64,000 nucleotides of DNA from Octopus sinensis (taxonomy: Eukaryota), in the NCBI RefSeq assembly GCF_006345805.1, contig NC_043022.1, forward strand, positions 17,794,001-17,858,000, written 5' to 3'. The notes below the pieces were generated by a model. It ran no database searches, had not been told where the DNA came from, and worked only from the letters and a program-made list of their open reading frames with translations. How positions within the stretch are numbered: position 1 is the first letter of the stretch; each line of letters begins with the position of its first letter. This document shows positions 62,748-64,000 of the stretch, piece by piece. The translations under genes were made by a program, and so were the position numbers.

Positions 62748-64000
62748 GAACATTGACAATATGTACCCATGTGAATAATGAAACATTATGAACACACATA
62801 ATTGCTTAAACATGTGTGCAAAACTGTTTATACACTGCTAGAAAATATAAATATAAACCAAATCCTATATACTCTGGTGGATTTATAGCATACATACTTT
62901 ATATATTCGTCCATAAACATAGTCTTCTTGGCACACCCAGACTTTTGAGGAGTGCTTCTGTAGACGCTTATGACTTTCATACATCCTCACATGTGCACAG
63001 GCAAAAATCATGAGAATATACATATATTTATATCATCATCATCATCGTTTAACGTCTGCTTTCCATGCTAGCATGGGTTAGACAGTTTGACTGAGGTCTG
63101 GCGAACCAGATGGCTGCACCAGGCTCCAATCTGATCTGGCAGAGTTTCTATAGCTGGATGCCCTTCCTAACACCAACCATTTTGAGAGTGTAATTGGTGC
63201 TTTTATGTGCCACCAGCATGAGGCCCAGTCAAGCGGTACTGGCAACGGCCTCGCTCAAATGTTTTTCACATGCCGTAAACACTGGTAATAATCACGTTTG
63301 AATGTTGCTTTTTACAATTTCAAAGGTCCTCAATAGTAGTAGTACGGGGCATGTGCTGTAACAGCATGTTACTGCATCCACCATTTGTTGTGAGTCCCTC
63401 CTCCTCCTGGTGGATTACACCTCTGCACCACTGATGTGACAACCCTCCAACTTATGGGTCTGTTTGGAGTAATCATTGTTGGTGAGGGTTTTTTATGAGG
63501 TTGGAGTGCAAATGCTGCCTCAACCTCTTTTAGTTGCCTTTTATGACACACAAAGAAAATGTTGGGTCTATTCTTTGTCATTGCAGATCCCCACACATCG
63601 ATAATGATTGATATTAAATAACCCATCGCAACTACACTAAGGCGTATATGAGATATTACAGATTTTATGAATTCAAACAGTGGTACTGTGCTACCATTGA
63701 TGTAAAAATATACTGGAATGGCATGGTGGGGAGCCAAAGTGCCAATGAGGGTTGCAAAAGTTTTAAGAAGGACACTTCATTTTCTCTTTGATGTTGGTCT
63801 TCTTTGTTGTTTGATGAAGAACAAGTCAGAACAAGAGAAACTTAGACCACTTTTGAAAGTTTACTGAAAGACTTTAACTCATTATTTACTGTCTGTTACC
63901 ATTTCTGAAGAACTGAGAATGGGACCTGAGTTTGGTAACTGGATTCTTCATGAACAGAAAGATGGCAATCACAAAGAACATGTCAACATGTCAGCATCTG

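Noticed and set aside
63369-63737. 122-aa minus-strand ORF as an ephexin 5' exon or RT fragment
   Set aside because: No convincing splice sites or recognisable motif; only vague RT resemblance.

Overview
AT-rich, repeat-dense animal DNA. The repeat landscape ((TA)n/(CA)n arrays, several tRNA-derived SINE families, RTE/CR1 LINEs) suggests an octopod cephalopod; this is inferred, not database-checked. The main feature is a minus-strand multi-exon ephexin-family RhoGEF (ARHGEF26/NGEF-like, DH-PH-SH3). I assembled it by hand as 17 GT-AG coding exons from 59448 to the stop at 19962. The phases are consistent throughout and give 755 codons including the stop; the start codon was not found. Position 3.6-14.5 kb is a transposon graveyard: a near full-length CR1/L2-group LINE, a CR1 3' end, an RTE LINE and a Helitron Rep remnant. 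A CpG-rich, promoter-like island lies at about 7.6-8.2 kb. The best novel signals are: (1) a 477-bp intronic palindrome with a minimal type I hammerhead-ribozyme-like motif on each arm and a compensatory stem change between them; (2) a candidate internal first exon, with two TACGTG motifs upstream, that would give an ephexin lacking its autoinhibitory helix; (3) phase-matched microexons and a tyrosine-motif array in the N-terminus; (4) an inverted triplication bounded by short hairpins; (5) a long-TIR foldback element with an 8-bp TSD and telomere-like repeats.
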